A stretch of DNA of 50,531 nucleotides, the filler included, from Streblomastix strix (lineage: Eukaryota): assembly GCA_008636045.1 (NCBI GenBank). It is 2 parts of 2 records of this genome, joined end to end, with 100 filler letters (N's around TTAATTAATTAA, not from the genome) between each part and the next. Parts side by side here need not be neighbours in the genome. Positions count along the whole stretch, not along the records: positions 25,319 to 50,531 come from SNRW01000206.1; 1 more part is not named here. One strand, given 5' to 3'. The notes below the pieces were generated by a model. That model did not search any database. It was not told the DNA's origin and was given only the letters and a program-made list of their open reading frames with translations. Below are positions 28,145 through 40,936 of this stretch, one piece after another. The first letter of the stretch is position 1; each line of letters starts with the position of its first letter. The position numbers and the translations under genes were made by a program.

Positions 28145-31100
28145 ATGTCCACCAGATCTCGCCGTAGACGTCGTAATAAACATTGGAATCGGCCTTCGCA
28201 ATCACAACCTCCATTAAACAAAGCAAAAAATAATAAAACCCGCCCAAATTAGCAACAGCTGTAACGGATGCGTGATTTAGTATCGTAAAAGCAACGTAAT
28301 CAACAGCAAAATCGGTAAGCTAAAAATTCGCTGACGAAACCGCAGGCAAATCTTCTAAGAAATTAGCCTAAAGAAACCGTCGAAAATTAATCTCGAAAAC
28401 AGCGTCGCAAACTTAAATCAGAATCTCGCAAACAGCGTAATAAGAAGCGTAAATAACGTAAATTTGCAAAAATATAAGAAAAGAAATAGATGCGCGATTA
28501 GATGAATCGTGAAAATTACTTGTCTTGGATATAACATTATGAACAAAGTTTAAATAAAAATTCTCGAGAAATTCTCAGAAAAAACTAAGTTGAAATTCAA
28601 GAGCTCATCGATAAAATATGGAAATTCTGTGTTATAATTAGTTTCTTCTGGATATACCGAGTTTATGTTATTATCTAAGCCGCTAAATTTGGGTTTGCTT
28701 ACTTAAGCAATTAATGAAGCAAGGACCAGACACAGTGGAATTAAATTAGATTTTCATAATTTAACTGATGCAACTGCAATAACTGTCGATTTCTATCATA
28801 ATGATATCCGTTCACTGGAAGATATTGACAAATTCATCGAATATGTGTACACTCATGAAAAAGGAAGATTATTTAAATGTACTTTTGACTTTGGTGTCGG
28901 TATTGAACGTAAATAAATGCCAGAAAATATGAAGGAATTACTGAAAAACAAGAAACTTATTCATAAACTCCAATATATTGACGGACGTTACTTAGTTACT
29001 TACAGAATTAAACTTTCTGATAATAATTTCAGTTAATTACATGCTCCAATGATTCTATTCGATAGAAATTCAATCGACATTTTCAAAGAATACGTACGTT
29101 CATCAATTTTGTTTATGCAAGAATTCGGAGAATTAACAGATGCAAAGGAATTTATTGTCGCAATCTTATCGATGTAAATTACATCTCACCGACTACCTTT
29201 TCCGGGTAAAAACATGGAAGAGTTGATTAAAATTCATAAGAAAAATAATATTATCAAATATGTTCATACTGATGATGATTATAACATCTGTTTCTGGTAT
29301 AATTTAACATGCGTAACTATGCCTGATTCGAAAGATGTTGAGATTGATAGACATAAACGAATTGCAGAAGGTAAACGTTTGTTATTCTCCTTTACGGAAT
29401 TCTAGAACAAAATTAACGTAAATTTCTCAAAGAATATCCAGCATTTAATTGGAATGATGCAAATAAAGTTGCTGAAAAATATAATATAAATATTAATTGT
29501 TATGAATACGTCGGCGAAGGATTCGAAAATAACATATAAAAACCCAAATATTAACGACTTATTTCATATACTGACATTTAAGTTGAAGGATGTAAACCTT
29601 ATAATATTCTTCTTCTTAACGACGATATTGGTAATCAGCACATAATGTATATCATAAATGTCGAGAAACTGATTGGTTTACTTATTTGTCCAATCTGTAA
29701 CAATCATGCAATCTATGCAAAAGATGAAAATAGACATGTTTAACGTAAAATAGACGCTCACATCAAAGAATGTATGATGAAACTTGGAAATCCAAATAAA
29801 TAAGTTAGATTGGAGAAGTTTTCAAAACCATTTGCACCGCATATTACATCGAATTAAACTTATAAATATCTTCTTTCTCACAATCGTTTATAGGAATATA
29901 AACCAACGTAATATTACATAACTTTTCTGTTTAACTCAGTGTTTCAATAAGAAGATGATTTAAATTACCCTGTAATCAAACCGATTTCTGTTGCGTCAGC
30001 AATTAAAACTAAGTCAGAAATAAAAACATGCTATTTCGATTGTTTTTAAGAGAATTTTATTGATTAATGGCTTGGTTATCTATTTTCTGAAGCAAAATAG
30101 GTTAAAATCGACAATAAGTACTCTGATGAGGTGCCCTACCGGTATGAAATGCCATTAATTGGATTTAGTTCTTTGAAAACATCGACTACATTGATTTTCA
30201 GAAATATCTGATCAAAAAACTATGAAATTGTCGATTTTGTTGGGCAAACATCATCTCCTAAATATTTATAGTAAAACCAACTGACAAATATCTAGAAAAC
30301 ATGAAAAAATAAGATTAAAACGTAAATTCGATTCGTCTTAAGTTTCTTGATGCAAAGAACTATTTAGTTGATAATGTTTCCTTTGAGAAATTCATAGAGG
30401 ATGTTCAGGCGAAGCCTTCAGGTTGCTAAAGCAATCTTGGCCAAACTAAGTTTCAAGAAAACAATCGTCACGAACTATCAAAATAGATGATAAATTCCAT
30501 CGATTTCTTAATAAATCTATATTTCAAATACAAAATTGACTTATTAGCGAATACTTCACTTGCAAAACTTGCATGTCTTGATGAATATTCTCATGTTTAT
30601 AAGAATTTTGATATTGATACAGATTATAGTCCTTAAACCGATGATCCATCATTCAATTTAACTGAGATACAATGGAAATATAAAGTGGAATCTTATAAAG
30701 AACAAGACAAACTAAAAAATGCGACGTACTGATCACAATGCATCTGATTCTGATTATAAATATTTTCATGATTTATTCATTTCTTCTTGTTGTCACATGC
30801 GTAAAGCAAGATTTACTTATAAAAATCAGCCAACTCTTGACAGAATCAATAATGAAAAACCACATACAAAAACAAACGTTAAGCCTTGTTGTCTTTACTG
30901 CAATAAATATGCGTCAAACAAGGATAAAGATATGTGTCGACTTATGATATAATTACGTAAATTTGTAAAACTTAATCATCTTGCAATAATTATTTCTGAT
31001 CAAGATGTTTATAAAATCTTACGGAACAATATGATTGGTGGAAATTCATACGTTATGCACAGAGAAAATATATCTGGATTAACGCCAATTAATAAATTTA

Positions 31101-32554
31101 AGTATAATTCTTCAGATAAAACAGTGCATTCCTTCGATTTGCCCCATATCATCTCGCAAATAATATGTCTTGATTTCAATTCCTTTTATCCTTCTGTAAT
31201 GAGTTCAAATTCGCATATTCTGATTCCGTATACAAATCATAAGATGTATATGCCTAGAGATGTAACTTCAGTAATTAAGGATGAATACAGAGCAAGATAA
31301 ATAATTTATAATGAAAGTAGATTCTCTTGCCATGAGGATATCATTGAAAACAAGGTATAATTGTTCATTGCAGTTGTTAAAGCTCATATTCCAGAAGAAT
31401 TTATCAATGAATTTATAGATTTTCCTGTAATTTGGCGAAATCTTAAGATAACAATGAATAAGTAAACTGTTGGGGAATATATTTACAAAAATATGATTGA
31501 ACATCACATGGCATGCGATAAAGAAGAATCAAAATTGCATATGTTACCGTCGACGCATAATGAATTCATGACTTTTAACATTTATTACTTATGGTTTCAT
31601 ATAGATAGATGTCATCTTGTAATTGATGAAATACAATAAGTCATAACATACAGTAAAAATACTTCATTTCACGAATTTGTTAACGAAACTCATAAGCTTA
31701 TATGTGATGCATTAGCTGCAGGAAATAAAAACCTGAAATTAATGTTTAAATAAAACTGAATGCTTCATTTGGTTATGACGCACTAAATACTGAAAAAATT
31801 TTAAGATATTAGGATATGCAATAGATAAAAACTTGGACTGTGCCACATGCTAAATACATTTATGTCAGAAAGATATTTATCTGATAGTTTTTCAGTTGTT
31901 GAGTTAGAAAAGAGGAAATGTTAATGCTCCACACCTTTATAAATTGCTTATTTCGTGATGAATAATTCCAAATATTTCTATCTTAATACTTTATATAATT
32001 TTCTTGTTCCATGTCTTGACATGAATAAAATACATGTAATTTATGGTGATACAGACAGTTTATGCTTAGGAATAGCAGATAAAAATTGGCCAATTCTGAA
32101 CTAAGAATTATTGAATAAATTATATCCCAAACTTTTCCCGGCATCGCAGGTAAATGCTTCGCAGTTCCCAATGTTAGATTAAATTCATGAAAAGAAGAAA
32201 TTGCTTGGTTTGAATATTGAACATCAAGTATAAACATGCTTTACTTTAACTCTTAAGTGTTATTATTTGGATACATATGATAACGGCGAAATAATGAAGC
32301 TAAAGGGGGTTAATCAGTAGTAAAATCCAAATATTTCACGGAATTCCTTTATCAAAAATATTTAAGATGATTATCGCTCTGAAGTAACACGGAAATCTGT
32401 AATTCAAAAATAAGGATTAATGCCAGAAGTAATATCAAATCGTGTTGGCGTTAGCGGAATTATTACAAAAACAATAGTTCTTAAAAATCAATCATGCGCA
32501 CCTCTGTTGTATGGAATTAATGCTGATAAATATATAATTGATGAATCGCATTGA
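28145..32554 (+). pseudogene. Protein-primed family B DNA polymerase (pPolB) with long N-terminal extension; several frameshifts
   Basis: Basic N-terminus, FKCTFDFG, NICFW, CPICNNH, LKFLDAKNY, MIGGNSYVMHR, motif A CLDFNSFYPSVM (about 31165), motif B LNASFGY (about 31760), motif C IYGDTDSL (about 32040), KCYY, KLKGVN. Frameshifts near 28615, 30270, 30720, 31750 and 31800. Confidence 0.9.
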
Positions 32555-32613
32555 ATGTGCAGCTTTTAAACCGTCGGACATTTATCTTAAACAACTTTTG
32601 CATAAACTTATAA

Positions 32614-33798
32614 ATGGATGCACAAACATAAGAAAAAGTGTCATAATGGATCGAATATATCGCATATCATAACATGAATTAAATGAAATATTAAGAGTTT
32701 GTCAAGAATCTGAATAAGTAAAATCTTGGGAAATTTAATGAAAAGATGCTTGAGAAATTATATAAATAATACATATAAAAACATGATTAATCAAGTGTTC
32801 CAAGATTGAGAAACAAACCTAGGTTGCATAGCGAAAAAACAATTCGTACAGAAAGGGAAAACGTTTTAATGGGTAATCCATTCAAATCGAAAGTATAATA
32901 ATATAAGAAGATTCATCGCGAAATACCTCAAAAAGTACAAGAAACTCCGCCTGATTATTAAATTAAACCATTAACTAAGCTAAGTCGTCCATATTATTCT
33001 CCTCAATTCGGATCTTGAGAAATAGATTTGGTATTTTCAATGGATGAACGTATAGTTCGTGCAAATCAAATATGTCTCTTCTGCATAAATATTAACACAA
33101 AATATCTCGTAGTTTTCCCTTTGAGGTATAAATCTGCAGGTTAAATCAAGAATGTACTGTAAATATTGGTTAAGAATTACAATGTTACGAATATCAGAGG
33201 CAATGGCGAGAAAGGATTTAAGGGAAATATATTGAAAACATTCTGTTAAGAGAATATCATTACTTCATTCTTTACCGATTCTAAATTCACAAATCATTAC
33301 AGAGTTGTCGATTCTGTTATCAGAACTATTCGCAATGGATTTGGAAATGATTCTTAGAAGTTTGCAGATAACGATTTAATGCAATAAATGGTATAGATGT
33401 ATAATTAGACTCCTCATTCTGCTTATGATAATAAATTTACACCAGAATAAGCCAATTCTAGTCATGATATTGATGGGATTTACATAAGATAATAGTAAAA
33501 TTAGCTCTTTGAAATCAAAAAATAACAAAAGAAATAAGGACTTATGTCATTCTCTCCGGGAAACATTCTTATGATTCATCTTGATTATTCTAAAACTGGA
33601 CATCAGTTCGTTAAATAAAGAAGAAATTTCAATTAATTAGCCGAATTCGTAAGATATTCAAATGGAAATGTAGTCGCCAAATTATTAAAACCATATTCTG
33701 ATGTGAATATTATCGAATTACCTGTTTAATATTGCAAATTGGTTGCAAAAGAAATAAGTCAATTAGATTAAAAATATTAATAATATTTCAAAATATGA
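32614..33798 (+). CDS. Retroviral-type (rve) integrase of the Polinton-like element
   Basis: Single frame of about 394 codons: RPYYSPQFGS(TGA)EIDLVF...LFCININTKYLVVFPL..KSA...IRGNGEKGF...HYRVVDSVIRTIR...MYNQTPHSA..KFTP. Fits the W-x-x-D-L, YNxxxHS and TP integrase core. Confidence 0.8.
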
Positions 33799-33864
33799 GA
33801 TCTGCGAAATTGGAAATTGTCTTTTTATAAAATAAGAAAATTGAAAAAAAAGCAAATTGATAAA

Positions 33865-34203
33865 ATGTAAAATTCTACAAACGTCGCTGATGCAAAGAGA
33901 TAATCATCACGATTTAAATATAGAACAGAAGAAGAAGCACTTAAAGCTACTGAAATTAGCCGTAAACGTGCACGTGCAAAGGAATTACTAAAAATGAAAG
34001 TTTATCGATAATTTGCATCAGATTCTTAGCAATATTTAATAAATAGGTTACGAAGATTGATTATAAACAATGAAGTTGACCTAGCTTTAATGCATTAAAT
34101 CGAAGATAAATACGATGAAAAGGATAAGAAAATAATGGAATTTGCAAATATTGTTGATTTGAAAGAAGCGGTGTAATAAAAATAAGATATAATTGAAGAA
34201 TGA
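33865..34203 (+). CDS. Small basic helical protein, possibly DNA-binding (112 aa)
   Basis: Intact frame MQNSTNVADAKRQSSRFKYRTEEEALKATEISRKRARAKELLKMKVYRQ...IIEE-TGA. Confidence 0.55.
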
Positions 34204-34232
34204 AATTTGTTTTATGTATATTTGTATATTTT

Positions 34233-34922
34233 TCACTGAACGAAGTTTGGCGACGAGGAATGCAGCGACCTGAAAGGTTGTCGAACTCCGTTCGGTCACC
34301 ATAAATCTGTTTCATTAAATCGTATTTCAGGAATTTCTTCTTATGGTTCGAGATTCTCAGCTTATAGCGGAGTTTATGGTTGACGTTATGATTCTTCTGC
34401 TGATCTCTTTTACTTAAATATCTTTATTTTTTCCTTATATTTTTCAACTTACTTTATTGATTCTTGATGTTATTGTTTAATAAATGTATTTTCAGTTCGC
34501 AAACCTATTAATTCTTCAAGATCAACTTATGGCGAAGTGTAATTTATTTAAGGTTTCTTTATCGTTTTCTATGGAGTTGGCTTTGGAGTTTTCATAGATT
34601 TTTCGACAATTGCTTACGCCGTACCTGCTTAATCACTTCGTGAGTAGAATTTACGTTCGCTTAATGAGAATTCATCGTCAGCATCATCTTCTTCGACACT
34701 TTCAACTTAACGTTTTGTTGCACGTTTTGGTTTTGTTTAACCTCCGCCTCGTGCTTACAATAACAATTTAGTTTGTTAAGCATAAGTCAATGTTTTTGGT
34801 TATTTCTTTCCTTCTTCGTATACTTTTATCTTATCCTTTGCTTTCATGATATATCCATCATTGAAGTACTCGATTGATGTACCATTTTCCATAATATTCT
34901 TGAGTGCATATGCTTGATTCAT
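34233..34922 (-). CDS. Hypothetical viral protein, low-complexity/coiled-coil
   Basis: MNQAYALKNIMENGTSIEYFNDGYIMKAK...ARGGGQTKPKRATKR...DLEELIGLRTENTFIKQQHQE... The 3' end is ambiguous (TGA at 34296 or 34233, or a frameshift). Confidence 0.55.
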
Positions 34923-35131
34923 CTTGGTATCTGTTTTGATTTTATTTAAACTCGCAACTTTAAGTTGCAAGCAAACCAAAAGGTTTCCAAAATCATCACA
35001 ACAATATAAACGAATCAGATTAGAGTTCATAAAAGTAAGCATGCAAGTACTGTTAAGAAAGAATTATCAGAAGAAGATAAAGCGAGATTATAAGCCATTG
35101 ATGATGCGATAACAAATGGTTTCTGAAATCA

Positions 35132-35734
35132 ATGTAAATTCCGCAGATTTAAATTCAACGGAACTAGCTCCAACCTATATTTTCACATGAACTGAGCAAT
35201 CCGATTTAATCACATGAATTCAACATCGATGAACAGGAGGAACGAGGAATGTAATCCGATCATCCACGAAAACATCGTTATAATATTAACAAATATAAAG
35301 AGGTTCCACGTGAAAATGCTTAGGTTGAACCAGAATAAGTTGTTAAGGATACATACTTATTTCATCCTAACTTAGAAGTATAGAAATTCATCATTGATAC
35401 GATTTGGAGATGTGTTGATTCGCGTAATAAAGGGGAAGATTTCATATTTAACTCGGATAATTATAACAAACTTTGGGCATTAATAACGTAAGAAGAAGAG
35501 AAAGATATTGAGGTTGTAATGGAAGAACCACTGATGAGATATAATAGTTGTACATCAAAAAAATACAAGAAGAAAGAGATTGTAAGAGTAGATGATGTAC
35601 TTATAAAGAATGTCTCAATTTCTAACATAGATAACGTATTATTGAATAGTATTGAGAAACTATATCGCGTTAACAAATTCTTAGTTAGATTGTCTGATGA
35701 ACTAGAATCTGACATTGAACCTGATGATTTTTGA
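35132..35734 (+). CDS. Hypothetical viral protein
   Basis: Open frame MQIPQIQIQRNQLQPIFSHE...FIIDTIWRCVD...DIEPDDF-TGA. The frame may continue past this TGA. Confidence 0.5.
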
Positions 35735-35775
35735 GCAATATATACGAATTATTTATTTATTTTTGTTGAAAATCT

Positions 35776-36832
35776 ATGGAATAACAATAAATAAGTGATT
35801 TAGTAGATCCTTCAGAAGATGAACTATAATAAATGAAATTAGAATATGAGAAGATGAAGAAACAATAATAAGAAATAGAATCACTATAAAAGTTGTAAAA
35901 ATAAATAACTTAGTAAATAGATAATGAAATAATAAAATATTTTACTTATTTTAGTTAATTCTTTAAGAAAACATAAGTAGATTTATCACATTTAGAAACA
36001 TTAAACACAGCTTAAACTATTACTGGAACTAAATCATTTACATAGCCTATCACAACTAATAGAATCATTAAATTTGGTTGAACATGTAACTAGATTCTAC
36101 TCACTAATGGAGATACAACTGATCTAGGAGATTTTTTACCTAAATACTATCCTCATGCGATGCGGTAAATGATGATAGAACCGAATGATGACATACGTAG
36201 TTAAGGTATTAGGATAATGAAAAATAAAGCAAACTGGGATAGCTTCGTCCTTAAAGGATGTAATGCTGATCCTACTGATAGAGATGGAGTATGGAAAATT
36301 GGATCAACTTCATCAAAATTCAGGATATAAAAATAAGAAGATGAGGCTTATGATTACAAGGGATTGATTATAGATTTCGATTGTACATCACTTAAATTCA
36401 ATAATTAAATTATAGCTCCATTACCTGCTCCTCCTATTGATTATGCTATTTAATAGACACTTGCTATTGGTGCATTTGATTTTTTTTACTTAGGGCTAAG
36501 TAACCTTATAAAATAACCGTGTATATATTTCAATAGCAATAACTCACTTTAACCCTAATACTTATTGGAATACTGGTTATACCTTATTTTCTGTTATGAA
36601 TGGTGTTGCAAAACCAAAATTCAGTGGAGCACCTCGTAATATCCCCTTTAATGCAGTTTTATATATAACTAAGTAATCTAGTAAACCAGTATTATGGACT
36701 AATGCAGTTGCTATTGATTGTTATATTGATCCTGATGATCATATTAAAATTAATGCAATAAGTTAGTTTTATTTACATAATGATGTTTGTGTATAAGTAT
36801 GCGATTCATATGCTATTTATAATTAGTCTTGA
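35776..36832 (+). pseudogene. Fibre-like protein 1 (coiled coil, tail-fibre-like motifs, distinct C-terminal beta domain)
   Basis: N-terminal coiled coil, then QTITGTKSF, G*TCNQILLTNGD and one QGIRI...W.IG...GLIIDFDCTSLKFN module like those in fibre 2. One in-frame TGA (36079) and a poly-T frameshift near 36485. Confidence 0.6.
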
Positions 36833-36881
36833 CACACTTATTTAAAAATAAATTGATTTAATTACATTTCAATTACCATTA

Positions 36882-37081
36882 TCATGACTTCCATTGTCGT
36901 CAGACTTCGTGTATGTTTTAAGATTCAATAATTTTAAATACAGAATGTATCTCCGCATCTTTGCAAGTTCTTCGTCTTATTTTTCTATTGCATCTTTAAT
37001 GAAATCTTATATTTATTCATTTGTATACTTGGATCAATGAAAATAATTTACTTATTTATTTAGTTTCTCCTAGTTTTCCAT
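36882..37081 (-). CDS. Small hypothetical protein, open only if TGA=Trp
   Basis: MENQEKLNKQVNYFH(TGA)SKYTNEQIQDFIKDAIEKQDEELAKMRRYILYFKIIESQNIHEV(TGA)RQWKS-TGA. Fills the intergenic space almost exactly. Confidence 0.45.
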
Positions 37082-37118
37082 TTTGTTTTTGTTTCTCCTA
37101 CGATAAACAAATTAGAAT

Positions 37119-37307
37119 ATGTAGATGATTATATTCAATGGCACTAAAACCGCATCAAAATAACTCCATAATTACTTGATTAATGAGATTATTTATGTAA
37201 GTTATTCAGGAATAGATAATGAAATTACGGATTCTATGAAGTTAACACCATAAAATATAGAATTAATTATTTATAATAACAGATTCATTTGCGGATATCC
37301 TAAATGA
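37119..37307 (+). CDS. Small hypothetical protein overlapping the ATPase start (ATGA)
   Basis: MQMIIFNGTKTASKQLHNYLINEIIYVSY...NRFICGYPK-TGA. The stop overlaps the ATG at 37304. Confidence 0.4.
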
Positions 37308-38370
37308 AATTAGAACAGATATAATCAGTTACATTCTACGATAGTTCTATGCTAGATGAATACAAAACCAAACCATTAATCAGAAATTCATTATTCTTAA
37401 ACAATGGGAATCATTATATTGTTGGTGCAGTTGGTTCAGGAAAGACAATTTTATTAAGCAAACTAATTGTAATATACAAATAAAGAATTAATCCTTTCAT
37501 TTTATATTTATCCAACTTTGGTGTGGATGAGACTATTGCATTGAATCAAAACTCGAAGAATACTATATTAACCAACATAACTTATGAGGAAGCAATGTAT
37601 TTCTTACTATAATTTGATGAGATCAAGTATTCAGTAAAAGAAGTCTATACTTATTGGAAATTACGTGAACTAAATATATCTTACAAATCAGATTATATAT
37701 AAAGAAAGAAGGAAAGAATTATTCAAAATAATCCAACTAAAGAGAATCTAACTCGTCTTGCATCCGTGTCAATCGAGAAATAAATGGAAAAACCAAAAGA
37801 TTATGCAAGAAGAATTGCTTAGATATTTGAATAAGAATGTTTTGATAAAATAACGAAATTCAATATTCCGACAATGATTATGAGATTTACTGTTCCAGCA
37901 ATCATTCATAACGTGTATTTCGAGAGGAAAATATCTATTTCATAAGTGAATGGAGATGCGGAGTTAAAAGTAGCAAAAATCTCAATATTATTTCATAGTT
38001 CGCTGCTGAATTCATTGTTAATTTTGATGATATTGGAAGTAATGCTGATATTTAAAGATTCTCTTCTGGATTAGCGAAGATAATAGCTCATTTAGTTTCT
38101 GACAATAGACATAGCAAAAATACTGTATTCTTTATTGCATAACGGCCAAGTTACTTGTTCAAAATAGCAAGAATATTATCTCATGTGATATGTTTAGGAG
38201 TAAGTCTATCAAAAAGTGATTTAAAACAAGCTTACGAAGAGAATTCTATTCAAAATCTAGATTTTGATGAATTTAGGTTAGTATATGGTACTCTTAACAA
38301 ATATGAATTCATAGTACTTAATAAGTGATTGAGTAAATATATGGTGTTGAAGAATGAAATCACTTTGTGA
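37304..38370 (+). pseudogene. A32/FtsK-HerA-like genome packaging ATPase (one frameshift)
   Basis: Walker A HYIVGAVGSGKT, Walker B LLI(F)DD with a 1-nt deletion near 38024, DNRH arginine-finger motif, FFIAQ sensor, C-terminal KYEFIV. Confidence 0.85.
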
Positions 38371-38406
38371 TTAGGAATTATCTTCGATAATATCAATGAT
38401 ATAAAC

Positions 38407-40378
38407 ATGTATCTATATTTAATTTTGCATAACTTCCAAATGACTTTGGCTAAAACCTTGAGTTAACAACAGATATAAGTAATACGATCTTTAATATAAT
38501 CAGATTTCCAATATTTGATTTAATATTCAAGGAAATCATCAAATTCCAGTAGTTAATTATCAGGAAGTGAATATTAATTGACAATTGATGACTAAAACTC
38601 ATTAATATATGCACCAATTAATAATGCTTAAAATTACACAATGAAACTTGAAACTAACGGAGTTATGACATTGAAAAATATAAGTTTATTAAATAATGAT
38701 TTATTAGGTAAAATAACTACATTAGAATAAGAAGTTAACGTATTATAATAGATATTGGGAACAGAAACTTAAGATATTGATGGTTTGTAATAATAAATTA
38801 ATGTAATTAATGAAGAATTTAATAGATATACACATTTTAGAAGATACTATTTATTGAACACAGATATATAATAATTAGAAAACTCTGCCAATGGTGATTT
38901 TGCTTTCTCTGCTGAAAGTGGATCAGTATGGATGTATGATGCGGCTTGATATATTTTTGGAGATATAGTTCTTGATTAAATAACTCCTGTAAGTGATGCT
39001 AATCCATTAATTGATAGTGGAACTGGAGTTGTAGGAACTTCAACTGAGTATTCTCGTGGAGATCATTAACATCCACTATAAGTATCTACTGTTTTACCAA
39101 GTAAAGATACCTCAGTTGGTACTGTTGGATAAGCTAGTTCTTATGCTAGATCTGATCATTAACATTTAATTCAGACTGTTGATACTATTCCAGTTAGTGA
39201 TTCAGCAGATGGATCATATGGTACAGTTGAATCATATGCTTGAAATGATCATTCACATCCTATTAATGTCTAAACTAATGCTTCAATTATACCTATAGTT
39301 AATGGAGTTGGTAACAATGGTACATCAGCATATTATTCAAGACATGATCATATTCATCTATAGTAATTAACGTATGATGGAAACATTACAGCAACTAAAT
39401 TTATTAAAACCGGTGGAACTGCTGCAGAAGTATTGTGTGCTAATGGAGACACATTAAATGGAGTAGTTGATATAGAATCTGATTAAACAATTACTGGACC
39501 AAAAACCTTTAACAATATATTTTAAATAGTACCTACTGGTGATAACTATAATGAAGGAATACGAATAGCAAAAGCAAATAATGAATCATGCAAGATATTC
39601 TTCGGTGTTGATCCAAATGAACATAGTGGATATATAGAAGGATAATGGACAGTTGGTATTATGTTAGGATAAGGACCTACTGCATAATAATTTTCTATTT
39701 GTTATTCACCAGACTAAGCTACAGCTAACAAAGGATTACGTATATCAACTGATGGAAATATTTTAACTTTCAATGGTAATGAATTCGTTGATGTTGGATC
39801 TGATTAAACAATTAATGGTACAAAAATATTTGTGAGAGTTTTATAAATATAATCAAATGGTGATAATTTTAATGAAAGAGTAAGAATAGCACGTTCTACT
39901 AACAATAATTATTGTGGAATTTATTTAGATTGTAATCCACAATCAACAACTGGAGCAATAACAGATTAGTGGAGTATAGTAAATACACCTACTGGTGAAT
40001 TAAGAATTTGAGTTAATATACAAATATATCAGAATTAAGGATTAATGATATACCCTGATGGAAACATTAAATTTCTATGGTAAAGTGAATTCAAGTAATT
40101 TATGAATTAATCCAACAGCTACTGAATATGATGATGGTTTGAAAATATCAAGAACAGTATAAAATAAAGGTGGATCATCGATTTTTCTAGGATGCAGAAG
40201 AGATTCAAACATTGGAACTATTGCTAATTAATGGTAAGTATTTACTCCACCAAGTAGCTATACGATTAACCCATTAGGCTTAAATATATCATTGTCAGCT
40301 GATTCTGGTGGTACAGCTTGAAGATTACAAATTAGTGCTGATGGAAACTCATTAACTTTCAACGGCCGTGTCTTATGA
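38407..40378 (+). pseudogene. Fibre-like protein 2 with phage-tail-fibre-type repeats
   Basis: Coiled coil, four Y(S/A)RxDHxH(P) repeats (39049-39360), KFIKTGGTAAEVLCANG, then three modules of about 100 aa (QTIxGxKxF...EGIRI...QW...GLxISxDGNxLxFNG). Several TGAs and a frameshift near 40066. Confidence 0.7.
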
Positions 40379-40449
40379 AAATATAATCAATGTTGTATTT
40401 ACTAATTTCGTTTGCAAGCTGATATAATCAGTTTATTTTTCTTAGAAAC

Positions 40450-40936
40450 ATGTCCACTAACGTGACGCCGACAAAGATAGGCTCAAAACCGCTTAAATAA
40501 CTCTTCACTGACCTTGCAAAAACAAACTATGAAGAAGAAGATTTAATAAGAACAACGATAGAAACTCTATAAAATCTGCTGATTAAAAATATATAAGATT
40601 CATAATATATATATTACTTAAAGAATTAATAAGAATTAGTAAGTAATTCACAATATAATAGAATAGAGTAAATTATAGTCAATGAAATAATTTGTTGATG
40701 ATGAAGACTATAAAATTAAATTATATGGTGAGAATAATATGTACTATGCAAATGAATATAATCAAATCAAGAAGAAGATGGATTTGAATCAATAACCATA
40801 ATAAATAAAGAAATATATTATATCTGAAGCAACAGATGAAGAAAAATAGATATAAAATTAGTTCAATCAAGACCCAGATAATCGATTGTTTTGCGGTTAC
40901 TATTAATTAACTTTACTTAACATATCTAAATAGTGA
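40450..40936 (+). CDS. Hypothetical viral protein (probably one frameshift)
   Basis: MSTNVTPTKIGSKPLKQLFTDLAKTNYEEED...FVDDEDYKIKLYGENNMYYANEY... Confidence 0.45.

Noticed and set aside
38407..40378. Prophage/bacterial contamination or a diversity-generating retroelement target
   Set aside because: The gene uses TAR=Gln like the host and sits among Polinton genes. No reverse transcriptase or adenine-specific TR/VR pair is visible.
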